Assembly: GCA_028534125.1 (NCBI GenBank)
Contig: CM052829.1
Location: 1,116,001 to 1,180,000, forward strand
Direction: 5' to 3'
Source of the DNA: Lama glama
Taxonomy: Eukaryota
DNA length: 64,000 bases
Both the position numbers and the translations under genes were made by a program. Below are positions 37,175-49,397 of this stretch, one piece after another. The notes under the pieces were generated by a model. It did no database searches, was not told where the DNA came from, and was given only the letters and a program-made list of their open reading frames with translations. Position 1 is the first letter of the stretch. Every line of letters starts with the position of its first letter.

Positions 37175-37330
37175 GGCACTGCGGACACGGAGCCCAGCCT
37201 CCTGCGCTTTGTCCTTTAATCCTGGCAACAGCAGAGCGAGGCATATGCACACATGTTAGCAGGTGTGTTTCTCAGGTGAGGAACCAGGGGCTCTGAAAGC
37301 TTGCGTCTCACTCAGGACGGCAGAGCGAGG
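37175..37330 (-). mobile_element. MIR fragment
   Basis: cctttaatcctggcaacagc...tttctcaggtgaggaaccaggggctctga resembles the antisense MIR core. Confidence 0.55.
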
Positions 37331-38469
37331 AAAGCACAGGAGCCCCGGGGCGCCCCCGCCTCCCGCCACCTAGGACGGGCACCAGCCCCACCCGGGAACG
37401 CCCGCAGGACGGTAAACCGGGAATGCGGGAGGCCCACAGTCAAGCTTGTATTTCCACAACATAAAGACCTGCAGGGGATTCATGGATCTAGTTTCTTTGG
37501 AAAGAAAATAGTGACCACGGTCTCCATCCTAATTTATTTCTTCCCATATTTACTCTCACGGCAAAGACCTGAGTGACCGTAGCCCTGAGCCGTTTCCAGC
37601 CAGAACGTGAGTCCCAGGCCCCGGGAGAGGGGGTGACCCAGCGCGTGAGCCCCGGCAATGACAGCCACCCCAGAAGGGCCTCAGAGCCCCCAGTCACACC
37701 CTCTTCCCGTCCTAACCTCTCTCTGCAGCTTCCAGAGGATTCTGTCAACGGCAGCCTCACCAACATCACTCTCGAAAACCCAAATCCAAGCGTCCGTACT
37801 CCAGTCTTTCCTTTTCCTCTACATGGACCCTCGTTCTCCACGATGCTTCCTAGACACCCCCAGCACCCCCATCACCGCACCGGCCTCGGCGCGTCTCACC
37901 AAGGGGCGCCCCCCCCAGGGAGCCTCTCCCGCTGCTGCCCCGTCACAGGGGGCATTAGACACAGCAAGACGCACTCCCGTCCCCGCACACGGGGCCCCAG
38001 GAGCCCCCACCCCGCCTCCCGCGGGCGCAGGACGAGGAGAAAGGACCAGGCGACCAGGTCACGGAGAGTATGCCGTCCCGCAGGCCTTATTTCACTCTCG
38101 GAGGAGGGGCCTGCACTGAAAGGTCTTCAACTCCCAAAACCAGGAAGAGATGACAGCCAGCTCCCGGAAACCAGGGCGGCAGACGTCAGTGATTCTCGGA
38201 GGCCTTGCGGCCATCGCGGTAGAATTAGGACCCAGCACCCTTCGTTCCCCCACCAGCCGCCGTGAGCGCCCTCAGCACCAGGCAGCCCCCAGCATCCTCC
38301 TTAGCTGTGCTGGTGCCAGGCACACGGGTCACCCCCGAACTAGGGCATTCAGCCCCAGAGACCGTGTCCACAGAGGGGGGGTTGCAGGGACAATGGCGAT
38401 GGCTGAGTTGGGTATCTTTCCCTCATCTCCCAGGGCCAAGGAGCCTCTCCCCACAACGGTCAGCCCTTG

Positions 38470-38870
38470 TGGTGGGCGTGAGGCCGGCATCCATCCACCC
38501 CCTGACTCCAGGAAGGGTGTGTGACCCTGGCGTGGCCAGGGAGCATATCCCATCCCTCTGGCCCGTGACTGGTCCAAGGGTGGACGAGTGACCTAAGATG
38601 GTCTGCTGAAAATAACTCCTGGGACTTTCACCCACTGGGTTGCCAGCACGGCAGGTGAGAAAGCCCGGAGTGCCGCGCCCCACCGGTGGGGAGGGGCTGC
38701 CTGAGAAGGAGGGGAAGCAGATGAGGCAGGGGCTGGGGTCTTGGTGACTCGGGTGGGCCTTGAAGGCCCCTGAGCCAGAAGCCGGGACACGCAGCCGACA
38801 GTCAGCACACTCTCTTCTCTACATGGATTATCTTTCAGTTGTGATGCAGGCGCTTGCAACCCAAAGGAAA
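38470..38870 (+). mobile_element. ERVL/MaLR solo LTR relic (LTR16/MLT1K-like)
   Basis: catatcccatccctctggcccgtgactggtccaaggggtggacgagtgacctaag...cctgggacttt...cttgcaacccaaagga. Confidence 0.6.
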
Positions 38871-38939
38871 TGACTCCCTCCTGCCTCCCCGGCCTGGGCC
38901 TGGCCACAGAGCCCATCAGAGGGCCTACCGACTGGGGGG

Positions 38940-39052
38940 GGCGTCAGAAGCGCAGACTCCTGCCCCCGCCCCCCACCCCGTGCAGATGCTGCAGTTTAAC
39001 AAGGTTGCCAGGTGACCCCAGCACACACCAAGGTCTCAAAGCCTCTGCTCTG
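38940..39052. mobile_element. MER5A-like hAT DNA transposon fragment
   Basis: ctgcagtttaacaaggttgccaggtgaccccagcacacaccaaggtctcaaagcctctg resembles the MER5A end. Confidence 0.55.
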
Positions 39053-40395
39053 CCGGGGGGGATGGGGGCGATAACGGGTGAATGTAATGCTTAACAAATG
39101 AACAGATGGGCCAAAGGCTGTGCTGATGGGTCCAACAGAAGCTTCAGAAACACGCACTTCCTTCAGCCGGGCCCCCGCACTACCCCAGGGAGCTCATCCA
39201 AGGACGGGACCCGGCGTGCCCAGGAGGCCGCTTTTTCCCAGTGACCCGAGTGGGTGTGTGGGACACACTTTTGAGACGTGCTGCCGGAGAATAATCTCGG
39301 GTAACACGGGACCCACTTACAGCCCTCTGCCAAGTGCAGGAGGAGAGGCCGTGTGCATGGCGGGGCGCAGCAGGGCACGCCACGCCCACCAGCACAGGCG
39401 CCAGAAGTCTCTCCAGATTGTCAGTTCACAGGGAATTGTATGTTACTTTCACTGGTTGTTAATATTTCCTACTATAAGCACGTGTCATCTTTGCACCCCG
39501 GCAGGGCTGATGCTCAGGTTCTCACCACGCAGCCCACGTCGGGAGCGACAAGAGAGCTGAGTTTTTGCAGAGGCTGTGCTTCCCACCACGGCCTCGACAA
39601 AGGGCTGCCTGGGCCTCTGCGCTTCCCCTGTCGGAGACGATGCCTGGGTACCTCATCAGTCATCACTTAATCAGTCATGAACTTCGCTGCAAGTGATGTG
39701 CCCTTGGAAAAGATGAAGGAATGAAAAGCGGAAAGGAGAAAAAAATGTCCAAAAATAACACTGCAAAAAAGCAAATAAAGCAGAAATCGTTCCAAAGAAG
39801 GATCAGAAACGTTCCCACCAATTGTAACAGCCTTCCACTCTCCATCCACGACAGAGTACCTACAATACACTTCTTAGTCATTAAAATCACGTTATCTTGG
39901 AATCTCCCCAGTTCTCAGTTTTCTCAAATTATCTCCCAAGTCACACGAGCCTTTCCCGCAGGTTTGTCGATGTCCCAGCCATCTGGTCGGAAACAGATGT
40001 TGTTTTAAGCTCTTCTCTCCCAGGACTGCCTTCAGTGCCTCTGTTCAAAGAGGGGCGCTTCCCAAAGGAGCAGCAACATGACCCGTGGAGAACCCGGACA
40101 TGGCGGGAGACTGGCTTCCTTCTGGCTGAGACTGAACGTCCACAGCAAGGACGTGAGTCGTGCAGAACGGGGAGGGGTGCCCGAGACCCACACTGGCAGC
40201 TGTGTCAAGATTCCTCTGGTTGCTCCTGGAGAGATTCAGCCAAGAACTTGCATCTCTTCAGTATCTCCCTGTACAATATCTGATCTCTCATTTCCTTGCT
40301 TTCGAGACATTATTTCTGGTCACTGTTAATTCTACTCTCAGTTGTTGACTCGCCCACAGCCAGTTCTGAATATTTTTAAGTCTTTCCACTGTTTC

Positions 40396-40548
40396 AGAGC
40401 CATGAATAGACCCACACAAACACAGTAACTGATCTTTGTCAAAGGAGCAAAGATGCTTCAATGGCATAAGGATAATCTTTTCAACAGGTGGTGCTGGAAC
40501 AACAGGACATCCACGTGCAAAACAAAAAAATGAATCTAGACACGGACA
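40396..40548 (+). mobile_element. LINE-1 ORF2 fragment (L1MC/MB-like)
   Basis: aatagacccacac...ctgatctttgtcaaaggagcaaag...cttttcaacaggtggtgctggaacaac...aatgaatctagacac. Confidence 0.8.
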
Positions 40549-40904
40549 TCACATGAGGAATAGTGGTGGGACGAGCAGATCCCCTGCAAATTTTATATTT
40601 TTTCTTTTTCATTATCTCATATTCTTTCCTCATTCAGACTTGCTGTCGATGTAACTTTTAGTCAGTTTCATCAGCTTGGAGAAAAAAGTTCAAGGTGGAG
40701 GGAAGAACTTTTCCAGCAAGATTACCTCCAAATTCCACTCTCAAAGTTCAGGTTAACCCATGGAGGAAAAGGTATAAAAAGCATATTTTTGCAAAGCAAT
40801 AACCTGCTGGGGGCACGAAGACCTCCATGTGAGGCTCTGGTAGTGGCAGCAGCGGCCAGCTCCCTGGCTTCCCTGAAAGGGGTCTCAACTCTGGGTGACA
40901 AAGG

Positions 40905-41914
40905 GGACCTTGGTTGGGCAATAGTTTCTAAGATACGGCACCAAAAGCACGGGTGACAAAAGAAAGACAAACTGGACTCCATCAAAACTAAAACCCTGTG
41001 ATTCAAAGGGCATCACGAGCAAAAGATAATCCATAGAACGGGACAAAATGCTCGCAGGTCCCATGGCTGGTGAGGGACCTGCGTCTAGAACACAGAGAGA
41101 AGTCCACCAGCTGCGTTAACGAACAGGCAAACAGCCACACGACAAGACGTGCACAGGTTTTGAGCAGATGCGTCTCCAAAGGACGCACAGAGGACCAGCG
41201 AGCACACGAACGGGCTCCCGGCGCCCTCAGTCGTCAGGGAGACGCAGGCACAGCCACAGCGCACCGCCACGGCGCGCCCACTGGGACGACCGCCGTCCAA
41301 ACGGGGAAGGTGGCAAGTCCCGGCGAGGACGTGGAGGAATCAGCGCCTCACACGTCGCCGGTGAGGCTGCAAAACGGAACGTCCGTTTCGGAAAACTGTT
41401 TGTCAGCCCGAAGAATGTTCAACGCAGAGTCACCGTGTGACCCTGCAGTGCTACCCAGGGGGCGTGAGAGCGTGTGCGCACAAGGAGCCCTGCACGGGAA
41501 GGCGCGCAGCGGCCGATTCCTGCTCTGAGAGGTGAGGCCACCCAGACGTCCGTCAGCCGATGAAGAGGTGACTCACACGTAGCCCGTGCGCACGACGGAA
41601 CGTCACGGAGGCACAGGAAGGGATGAGGCCCTGACACACACCGCTACCCGGGCGATCCTGGTAAACGTCGCCCTCAGTGAAAGAAGCCAGTCGCCCAGGT
41701 CCGCGCGCTGTCAGACCCCACGTGTCTGAAGCGACAGAGCAAGCCCGTCGACAGGGACTGAGGCCGATTCCTGGTTCCCAGGGCTGGGCTGTCCGCAGGG
41801 AACGGCTGCCAGTGACTGTGGGCTTTGGGTCAAATGAGGTCATGGAGCGATGACCGTGCTCTAAGTCTGTGACTCTGCGGAAACTTCTGAACTGTCCACT
41901 TCAAACGGGTGAGT
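40905..41914 (+). mobile_element. Old LINE-1 (L1MB-like) ORF2 end + 3' UTR, strongly GC/CpG-shifted
   Basis: Collinear L1 landmarks: gaccttggttgggcaatagtttctaagat, ggcgaggacgtggaggaa, cagagtcaccgtgtgaccctgcag, ctcagtgaaagaagccagtc, tgaactgtccacttcaaacgggtga. Confidence 0.8.
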
Positions 41915-42268
41915 TAGTATTGTTAAGACGGCCACACTGCCCCAGGCAGTCTGCAGGTTTAATGTGGCCCCTACCAAACTACCCGGGATACTTTGCACAG
42001 AACTAGAACAAATACCCCTAAAATTTATATGGAATCACAAAAGACCCAGAATTGCTAAAGAAACACTGAAAAAAAAAAAAAGAATGAAGCTGGAGGAATA
42101 ACCCTCCCAGACTTCAGACAACAAGTCACCAAGACAGCACGGCACTGGTACAGAAACAGACACATGGACCAGTGGAGCAGAACAGAGGGCCCAGAAGCGA
42201 ACCCACAAACTTCTTGTCAATTACTCTTTGACAAAGGAGGCAGGAGTGTGCAATGGAGTAAAGACAGT
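41915..42268 (+). mobile_element. LINE-1 ORF2 internal fragment (artiodactyl type), truncated at both ends
   Basis: gaactagaacaaatacccctaaaatttatatggaatcacaaaagacccagaattgc...gctggaggaataaccctcccagacttcagac...ctttgacaaaggagg. Confidence 0.9.
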
Positions 42269-42329
42269 GGATCCTATTCAGTAGAGCGCTTTTGAGAATA
42301 CAGAGTGTGGAGTGTGGGTGTGCAGGGGT

Positions 42330-42675
42330 GGCTGAGAGGCAGCAAGGGTGGGGGCGGCCAGCCTGGGGCCACCAGGGGCCGTGGAAGGGACCTGGGCCTT
42401 ATGAGATGCCCTGGGAAACCACTGGAGAGCTCTGCTCAGAGAGGTGGCTTTGCTTCCTAAGGATCGACGTTAAGGAAGCTGCAGTGGGAGGAAGGACGGA
42501 GGCAGAAGCACAGGCAGGGAGGCCTGGAGACCCCAGAATCTGCAGTAGTGACACAGGCAAGCCTGGTGCCACGGTGGGGAGTGGGCGGCGGGGACACATG
42601 TCGGTGCAGAACCCCAGGATGTCCTGGAGGGCTGAGCAGAGGGTGTGAAGGGGAAGGTGGCACTGAGGGAGACCA
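42330..42675 (-). mobile_element. L2 fragment
   Basis: gggaaaccactggagagctctg...ggaggcagaagcacaggcagggaggcc resembles antisense L2. Confidence 0.5.
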
Positions 42676-44676
42676 GTATTTTTGTGGCCTTGGTCTGATA
42701 CTCAAATGCCTTCAAGAAACTTAGTGCTTTGTTTTACATAAACATGTAATGACCAGAAGGAACTTAAAGATGTCCAAAACCTTGTGGACAACAATTAACA
42801 CATGTTGGAAGCAGGACTCAAATTCTCACGTAAACAAAAATCACCAGAGAAGTCGCTTCCAGGGCAGAGGCCCCACGGGGAGTTTCCGATGTCCTGATCG
42901 AGGGCAAAACCAGGAACACGCACTTTAATAAGGGCTGCAGGTCTGGTGACGCAAGGCGTCTGTGTGGTTTTAACCGGCAGCCCAGTGCCCTGGGGGAGGC
43001 GCAAGGATCAGCCAGCAAAGGCAGCCCTGCCCCAGGGCATGAGTGTCAAGCTGGGCACAGGGCACAGCTCACAACCAGTCCCCGCAAAAGGCGGGCACGT
43101 CTGTGAGCAGCACGAACACACACTCACCCACACGTGGGTGTGAGGCCACGCAAATGACGCGCGAGGACAGAGAAGCTAGCCAGTGAGACCTAACACAGGG
43201 CCATCACGCAGCAAAGCCCGATCATATTCGCTATTGTCCTAAAGCCAGACACAGCCCAGTCAGCCCCTGGCCCACCGAGTCTCCAGCCGTCCCCGCACAG
43301 CCAGGGAGGGCGGAGCAGAGGGACCAGCATCCCGCAGCGGCGTGGACGAGAGAGGACTTGGCGGCAGCAGGTCCAGGTCCAGGCGGGGCTGTCAGGAGGG
43401 GTCTGTCCCTCCGTGTGATCTGTCCCCTCCTGAACTGGATCCACAGACCAAGGCCGGAGAGCCACGGAGAGATGGTGCTTGGGTCCCAGCACAGCCAGGA
43501 GCACCAGGGCTCACCCGGGATGGTCACCTGAGCAAAGTGGTGACCACCTCACCGTCCTGTCATGACACGGACCTGAGGGTGCATTTCTTCTAACATTTAC
43601 ACCAGCCCTCCTGATAAACCGTGGCACATAATTTTCAAACTTATGCACCAATGATCAACATGCAAATCAACTGAAGTTTAGGAGATGCTTGCCCAGTTTT
43701 CACAGACCTGGGGCAGGACAGGCGGGTGCAGACTCTTCTTGTCTTCAGTTATCAAGGTAAGTAGCTCAAGAAAACAGTATCTTCTTCCATGTCTCAGCAC
43801 ACAGAACTTGAACATGGTTTGAATATTCTGTGTTTTGATGCAGATACTTCATTAAATGTGTAACTTAGATGAGATCTTTTTAAGCGACTTCCGGCCGCTG
43901 CTGTTTCTGAAAGGCAGCAGCCTGGGGTACCCGGGTTTCAGCCAGCAATGCAGCTCCCAGGCAAACACAGAGGCCCACATCCGCCCGGTGCCAGGGCTCA
44001 CCCGCGACAGAGCGCAGGATGCAGGCAAGTTAGAGGAGAGATGAGGACCATAACGACGAGCAAAGGTAAGGGAGAAGGCTGCATCTTCTTAAAAACACGA
44101 CGGCACTTTTCAGGTAAAAGCAATCAACACACGTGTCTTTGCACACGGACACTTGGGCACATGCAAGCACACCACTCCCGGGACTGGACGAGAATTCTTA
44201 GCAAGTGGATTAACATTTTCTAAACTCGCCGGCCGCACAGTCAAGTCCGGCAGGTCATTATAACCAGGCACGTGTGATGCTGGCCCAGTGTGGACGGCGA
44301 GGATGACGAGACAGCACTTGCTCAGACGAGATGGCCATCGCGGACCGCCCTCCCGCTGCCCTCGCGGGCGGAGGCAGGAGTTCTGGTTTAGGTTTAACTG
44401 TGCGAGTCTTTTCCAAAGAGACCCTCCGTCGTCTATGAGCCGTCCTCAGCTCTGACTTAGTCTCTGACCCGCCCGACACTCCAGAGCGCTCTGTTCTCTC
44501 AGCTTCTGCTCCTACGTCTGACAGCAAGAGACTCGGCATTCAGCTCGTGCCGCCAACCAGACCGCGACGGGAGGTGGCTGTGACCTTCACCGCGACCGGC
44601 AGGCCTTCCTCGGCCCCAGCCCACAGTCTCTAGCACCTGAATTCTCCAAAGCGGGTGTCTGGTAGGCCTCGTAGTG

Positions 44677-44742
44677 AACACACACGCATGCACACACAGA
44701 CACACACAGAGACACAGACACACACGTGCACACACACACACG
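44677..44742 (+). repeat. Degenerate (CA)n microsatellite
   Basis: acacacacgcatgcacacacagacacacacagagacacagacacacacgtgcacacacacacac. Confidence 0.85.
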
Positions 44743-47649
44743 AGATTCACAGGAAACGTCCTCTTGTTTTTGCAAAGCCCAGGCCTGACCTCGCACGGGA
44801 ACGGGTGGAAGCTAACCCACTCCCGTTTACCGACCGGACACCGATGCCCCCAGCTGGCCCGGGCTTCCGTGGACAGGCTCCAACTCCCGTGAGGTCGGTC
44901 TCATCGCCACCCCTGCAAAGACGGGCACTTAGAGAGGTGGGCTGGGCCGGCAGGGGCGCATGCGGGGACCCAGCTCAGCCCCGCTCCCTGACCACCCTCC
45001 GCGCTTCCCGGAGGCCCGGGGGCTCCAAGCTGCAGCAAGGGTGACTCGTGTTAGGACAAAGGCTGCCCTGGCCTCCGGCACTGGGGGAACGGAGGTGGGC
45101 CCAGAGCAGCTCTGTTCACTGTGCTCAGTGCATGCACCCTCCCCCGCCACCCCAGCCACCACTGCCTCCCCTTGTCCCCTGCGCGCCCTCCCACATAGCA
45201 CGGACCAGAGACGCTGCTGCTTCCGCAGGCCTCACACCTGCGGCCAGGCCACCTGCCCGAGGGTGCTTCTGCCCGATGTCGCCCCCATCACGTCCCTTCT
45301 GGAGCCGGCCTCCCTTCCTGGAGGACAGTGCACCAGGGGGAACGGGCAGCACCGCCCAGAGCTCTCAGTAGGTGCGTTCCTGGCGAGGCGGGCTTCCCCA
45401 CCCGCCGTCAGCAGGAGAGACAGACGCCCCAGCAAACCTGGACCAACCGCCACGCGAGGTCCGCGGCTCCAGAAGTGGACACGTGTCGGGCCCGCAGCGG
45501 GGCAGCAGGGCGTCTGGAACCACAGGTGTCAGCTACACCCCAGCTCGGCCACTTCGCGATTCTGAGAAGTGTGCTTGTCCACAGCACAGGAAGGGCTCGG
45601 CTCTGCCGTGCACGGGAGCACTCGGCCCCCTGCCCGGTGCGCTGCGAGTCTCCTGTGAACCACAGCTACACTTCTATAGAGCGCACGGCTTAGCATCAGG
45701 CCTCGCTAATCCCACGGCGGATTAAACCTCACGCATCCTGAGAGGCTAAAGCAAGGCGAGCGCCCCTGAGTTTTCACGCAGGGAGCGTCCGAAGGCCTGT
45801 GTGCATCCACTGCTGGTGTGTATCTTCGACCAGCTTGTCTATGATTTGCTTGCTTCCATCGCTGTTTGTCTGTTGAAACGTTGCATCTTGATTCTTTAAC
45901 CAGAGTCTGAATACTGAAATCTCCCTTTTTTAACTAGGAAACTTGGATAAATTGTCATGTACATTTTTAGATAAATCAATATTTGTAAATAATACACCTT
46001 TACAGTTCACATTTAAAAGGAGCTATTTGATCTATTTCAATATTTTAACCTTTTCAAATGACAAGCACTTCATAAGCTAAGAATCTAGCTGGTATCTTGA
46101 TGTTTTGTGGTGCAACAGAAAGGGGCCTGGGGAAGTCGTGTTTTAAACTTAGACGTGAAGAAAGAAAATAGACTGTGTTATTTGCTCCCAGGGGATGCAA
46201 TTTACCAAGATTTAAAGCAGAATCAAAAGATAATCATCATTTGGCAGTAACTCTAATGTGCGCAATAAAACAAAAATTATCAACCCTGAATAAAGCAGGA
46301 AGATGTTTCCACCGAGGGGGCCCATGAGACTGCGGCGCATCCGAGACACAGAACATCCTTGGATGTAAACCAGAGCCATTTTTAATGGCTTAGGGAGGAA
46401 GGAGTATTTTCTCCCAAGTGGGAGGAGGGTCTCAGACTCAGCAAAACTGGGGCCTCTGTGTCCTCCAGCTCACATGCGAAACTGAAAACGACAGCAGATG
46501 AAAAGATCACTAAAACCAGGGGCTCACACATCAGAGCCAGCAGAGCGGCCTGTGTGCAGCCTGGCCTGCGGCTGGACGCGCTGCCCTGGAGCTCAGGGCG
46601 CTCGCCTCTGCAGGGCTTTGAGGGGTCGCCTCCCTGGCCCGAGCCCAGCTTTCAGAAGAGCCGCAGGCAGAGAGCGAAAGCCGACAGCCCCCTCGCCAAC
46701 CTCGGGCCTGCACTAAATCCCTCTCTGCCTCTGGGAAGCCGCGTGCCTGCCTGAAGCCACAGGTGCCCCCCGGCCAGGCGGGCCGCGCCCCAGCGGGGAC
46801 AGTGCGCTGAGCGGGGCGGGGAGGACACGCCACAGCCATGCCGGACCGCGGGCTCCTGAGGCCGAGCGGATGAAGGTTCCCCTGCACCAAGGCTGCTGTC
46901 AGCAAGGGCGCTCCCAGCGGGGGTGCTTCAAAGGGACAGTCAGAGCTGCATTCGCAGAGGCAGCCATCGGGACGTGCGGCAGGACACGAAGAAAAGCCAG
47001 GCTGCGCCCCCTCCCTAGAGCTGGGCAGAGATGCCCATGCAGGGCCCACGCTGCGTGCCGTCAGCACCGCCTGTGTCTCCTCAAAGCGCCGCGGGCCCCG
47101 GCGCACTGGGGCGTCCACACGGGGCAGGAAGCCCCACTCCGCCAAGAAGCCATGTGTTAAAATGAACTGTGAGAAGCAGAGCGCCCTCGGTTCCCTCCTG
47201 CTCAAGAAGATCAGCAGAGGCCGCCCCGCCCTGGGCAGGCCCCACGCTGCCAAGGGTCCCCTCAGTCCTGCCAGGAGAGCCTGCCGCAGGTGGGGGACCC
47301 TCCTTCTCCTGAAGTCAGCTGATCTAAATGTCACCCTCGTCCACAAAACACCGCCACAGAATCACCTGTGTCTGACCAGGAGCCTGGACACCAGGGCCTG
47401 GCCCCGCAGACACGCGGTCACCCCCACGCTGGCCTCCAGTTGCTGCTGGGTGGGACGTAACATGGCTCGTGAGGAGTGAGCAGAAGAAACAGGCTGCACG
47501 GGGCCTCTGTCCCGTCTCCAGAGGTGACAGACACCTCATTGGAATGCCGCCAGCCTCCACTCAACCCCGTCCCGGGGGTTTGGGGTCCCCGTCCGGGCTC
47601 TGCATGTGGGATCAGTCACAAGGGCAGGTCTAAACGTGCAAAACAGTGC

Positions 47650-47770
47650 GGGGGGTACAGCTCAGTGGTGGGGCCCCTGCTCAACACGTGAAAGGTCCGG
47701 GGTTCAATCCCCAGACCCTCCGTTAAATGTATAAATAAATAGCAAAATCTGGCCAGATCAATGAAGGAAA
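47650..47770 (+). mobile_element. tRNA-derived SINE (camelid Vic-1-like)
   Basis: gggggtacagctcagtgg (A box)...ggttcaatcccc (B box)...taaataaata tail. Possible TSD aaacgtgcaaaacag / aaagtgtaaaacag. Confidence 0.85.
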
Positions 47771-47789
47771 CAAAGTGTAAAACAGGCAG

Positions 47790-48120
47790 GAGAGGACAGA
47801 TGAGGAGGGCTGGGCGTGTGCGCAGAGGCAGGGTGTCGGGGGTCAGCCTAGAGGGGGCCTCTGTGCACCGCGAGCTGGGGTCTAAGGAGCCCGGGGGTGA
47901 CCGAGAATTGAGGATAGTTAAAAAGCAAGGTGCGCCCATCCAGGAGCAGGGAGAGGACGTGAGCATGCGGGTAAGGCAGGGCGATGAGCATGCGGGTAAG
48001 GCGGGACCAGGTCTGCTCTGGGAACAGCCCGAGGACGGGGCAGGAATTCTCGTGGACGAAACGCGACAGGAGGCGGGAGAGGCCATCAGGCTGGACGACG
48101 TGGTTGTAAGGAGCGTCCGA
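47790..48120 (-). mobile_element. L2 fragment containing a 25-bp-period local duplication
   Basis: Antisense L2-like purine-rich run; tgagcatgcgggtaaggc occurs at 47960-47977 and 47985-48002. Confidence 0.45.
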
Positions 48121-49293
48121 ACCCGGTGTTCGGCAGCAGGCCACTGTGGGAAACGCCCCTTCTGTCCCCACCCCAGCTTTCCTGGCCCCGTCCACTCGGT
48201 GTGATAAAGGGCTTGAACTAAAGGTCTGACTGCTGCCCACTCTGGGTGCAGTGCACGTGCCTTTTAACAGGGGCCCCATGTGTGCTGCTGGGCACACACA
48301 GTGACACCGGGACCCCCGCGTCCCAGTGGCGCTGGAGCAGCACCGCGGGCGGAGGAGCCGCCCTCTCTCTGCTGGACGTAGAGCAGCCGCGAGCCTGTCT
48401 CGGGTGGCTCAGGCGGATTCCAGTCCTCGCCTCGGGGTCCCACACGTGTCACCTGGGCCAGGCCGCAACCCTTCCCTCCCCCACGAACTGGCGGAAAGGA
48501 CCGCGCCAGCCCCACTGGCCTGACAAGAGGGTCACGGAGGACGGGGCAGCCGTGCACCCCTGGGAGGAACGCACGCAGCTGGAACCAAGCGCGGGAAACG
48601 CCAGAGCCTTTGGTCTTTATCGCTGCCCTCCCAACTGGCAGAACACCCACAGTCTCTTCTGGTTCAAAGCAAATCAGGAAGAAACCTGGACACTAACGCG
48701 CCACAGCGAAAGAGCATTCACTTAACAAACACGTATAAATTAACTTCATATAATTAAAAAACACTGCCACAAAACTTCTTCCCTGATAAAATTTTGTAAT
48801 TAATCTTTGTAACTTCTATGAATAGAATGAAAAAATTGAACATAATAGTTGAACTGTCATTCAAGACCATAGAGAAATAAACTGACTCAATTATATACTG
48901 ATAGAAAAGCCTGAGCGGTGCATATGTAGGTACAATGTAGTCTCAGGTTTTACTCATTCAATGAGTGTCCAGCCACGTAATGACAGTGATGCTTTTTCTG
49001 GTTAACGAGCCAGCAGAAGCATGCTTTATCTATATTTGTGCTGGATTTCAGTTAACAGAAGTCCAACAGGAAACCCTCAGGACACTTAGGTCTCTGTTTC
49101 ACTTATCCGTGTCTGTTTGTTTTTGGCTTCATTGCGTTTGTCTTAGATGAAACAGCAACGGCATCATCAAAGTGGCCACGGGGCACGGAAGCAAACGCGC
49201 ATTTACTGAGTGCCTGTCGCGTGTAGATTTCAGACTCAGAGTACTTTGTTCTCCTTTGCAAGAGGGTCACTTCTTAGAACTACTGTCACTTGC

Positions 49294-49397
49294 GGGGAGG
49301 GTGCAGCTCAAATGGTCGAGCGCAGGCTTAGCTTGAGGTCCTGGGTTCAACCCCAAATAAGTAAATCTAACTGCCTCCCGAAAAACTTTAAAAAAAA
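49294..49397 (+). mobile_element. tRNA-derived SINE (camelid Vic-1-like) with TSD
   Basis: ggggagggtgcagctcaaatggtcgagcgc...gaggtcctgggttcaacccc...aaatctaactgcctccc plus A tail. TSD aactactgtcacttgc (49278-49293) / aaccgccatcacttac (49398-49413). Confidence 0.88.

Noticed and set aside
47650-47720. tRNA-like sequences with A/B boxes (also ~49294 and ~53531)
   Set aside because: No intact cloverleaf; followed by A-rich tails and flanked by TSDs, so they are SINEs rather than tRNA genes.
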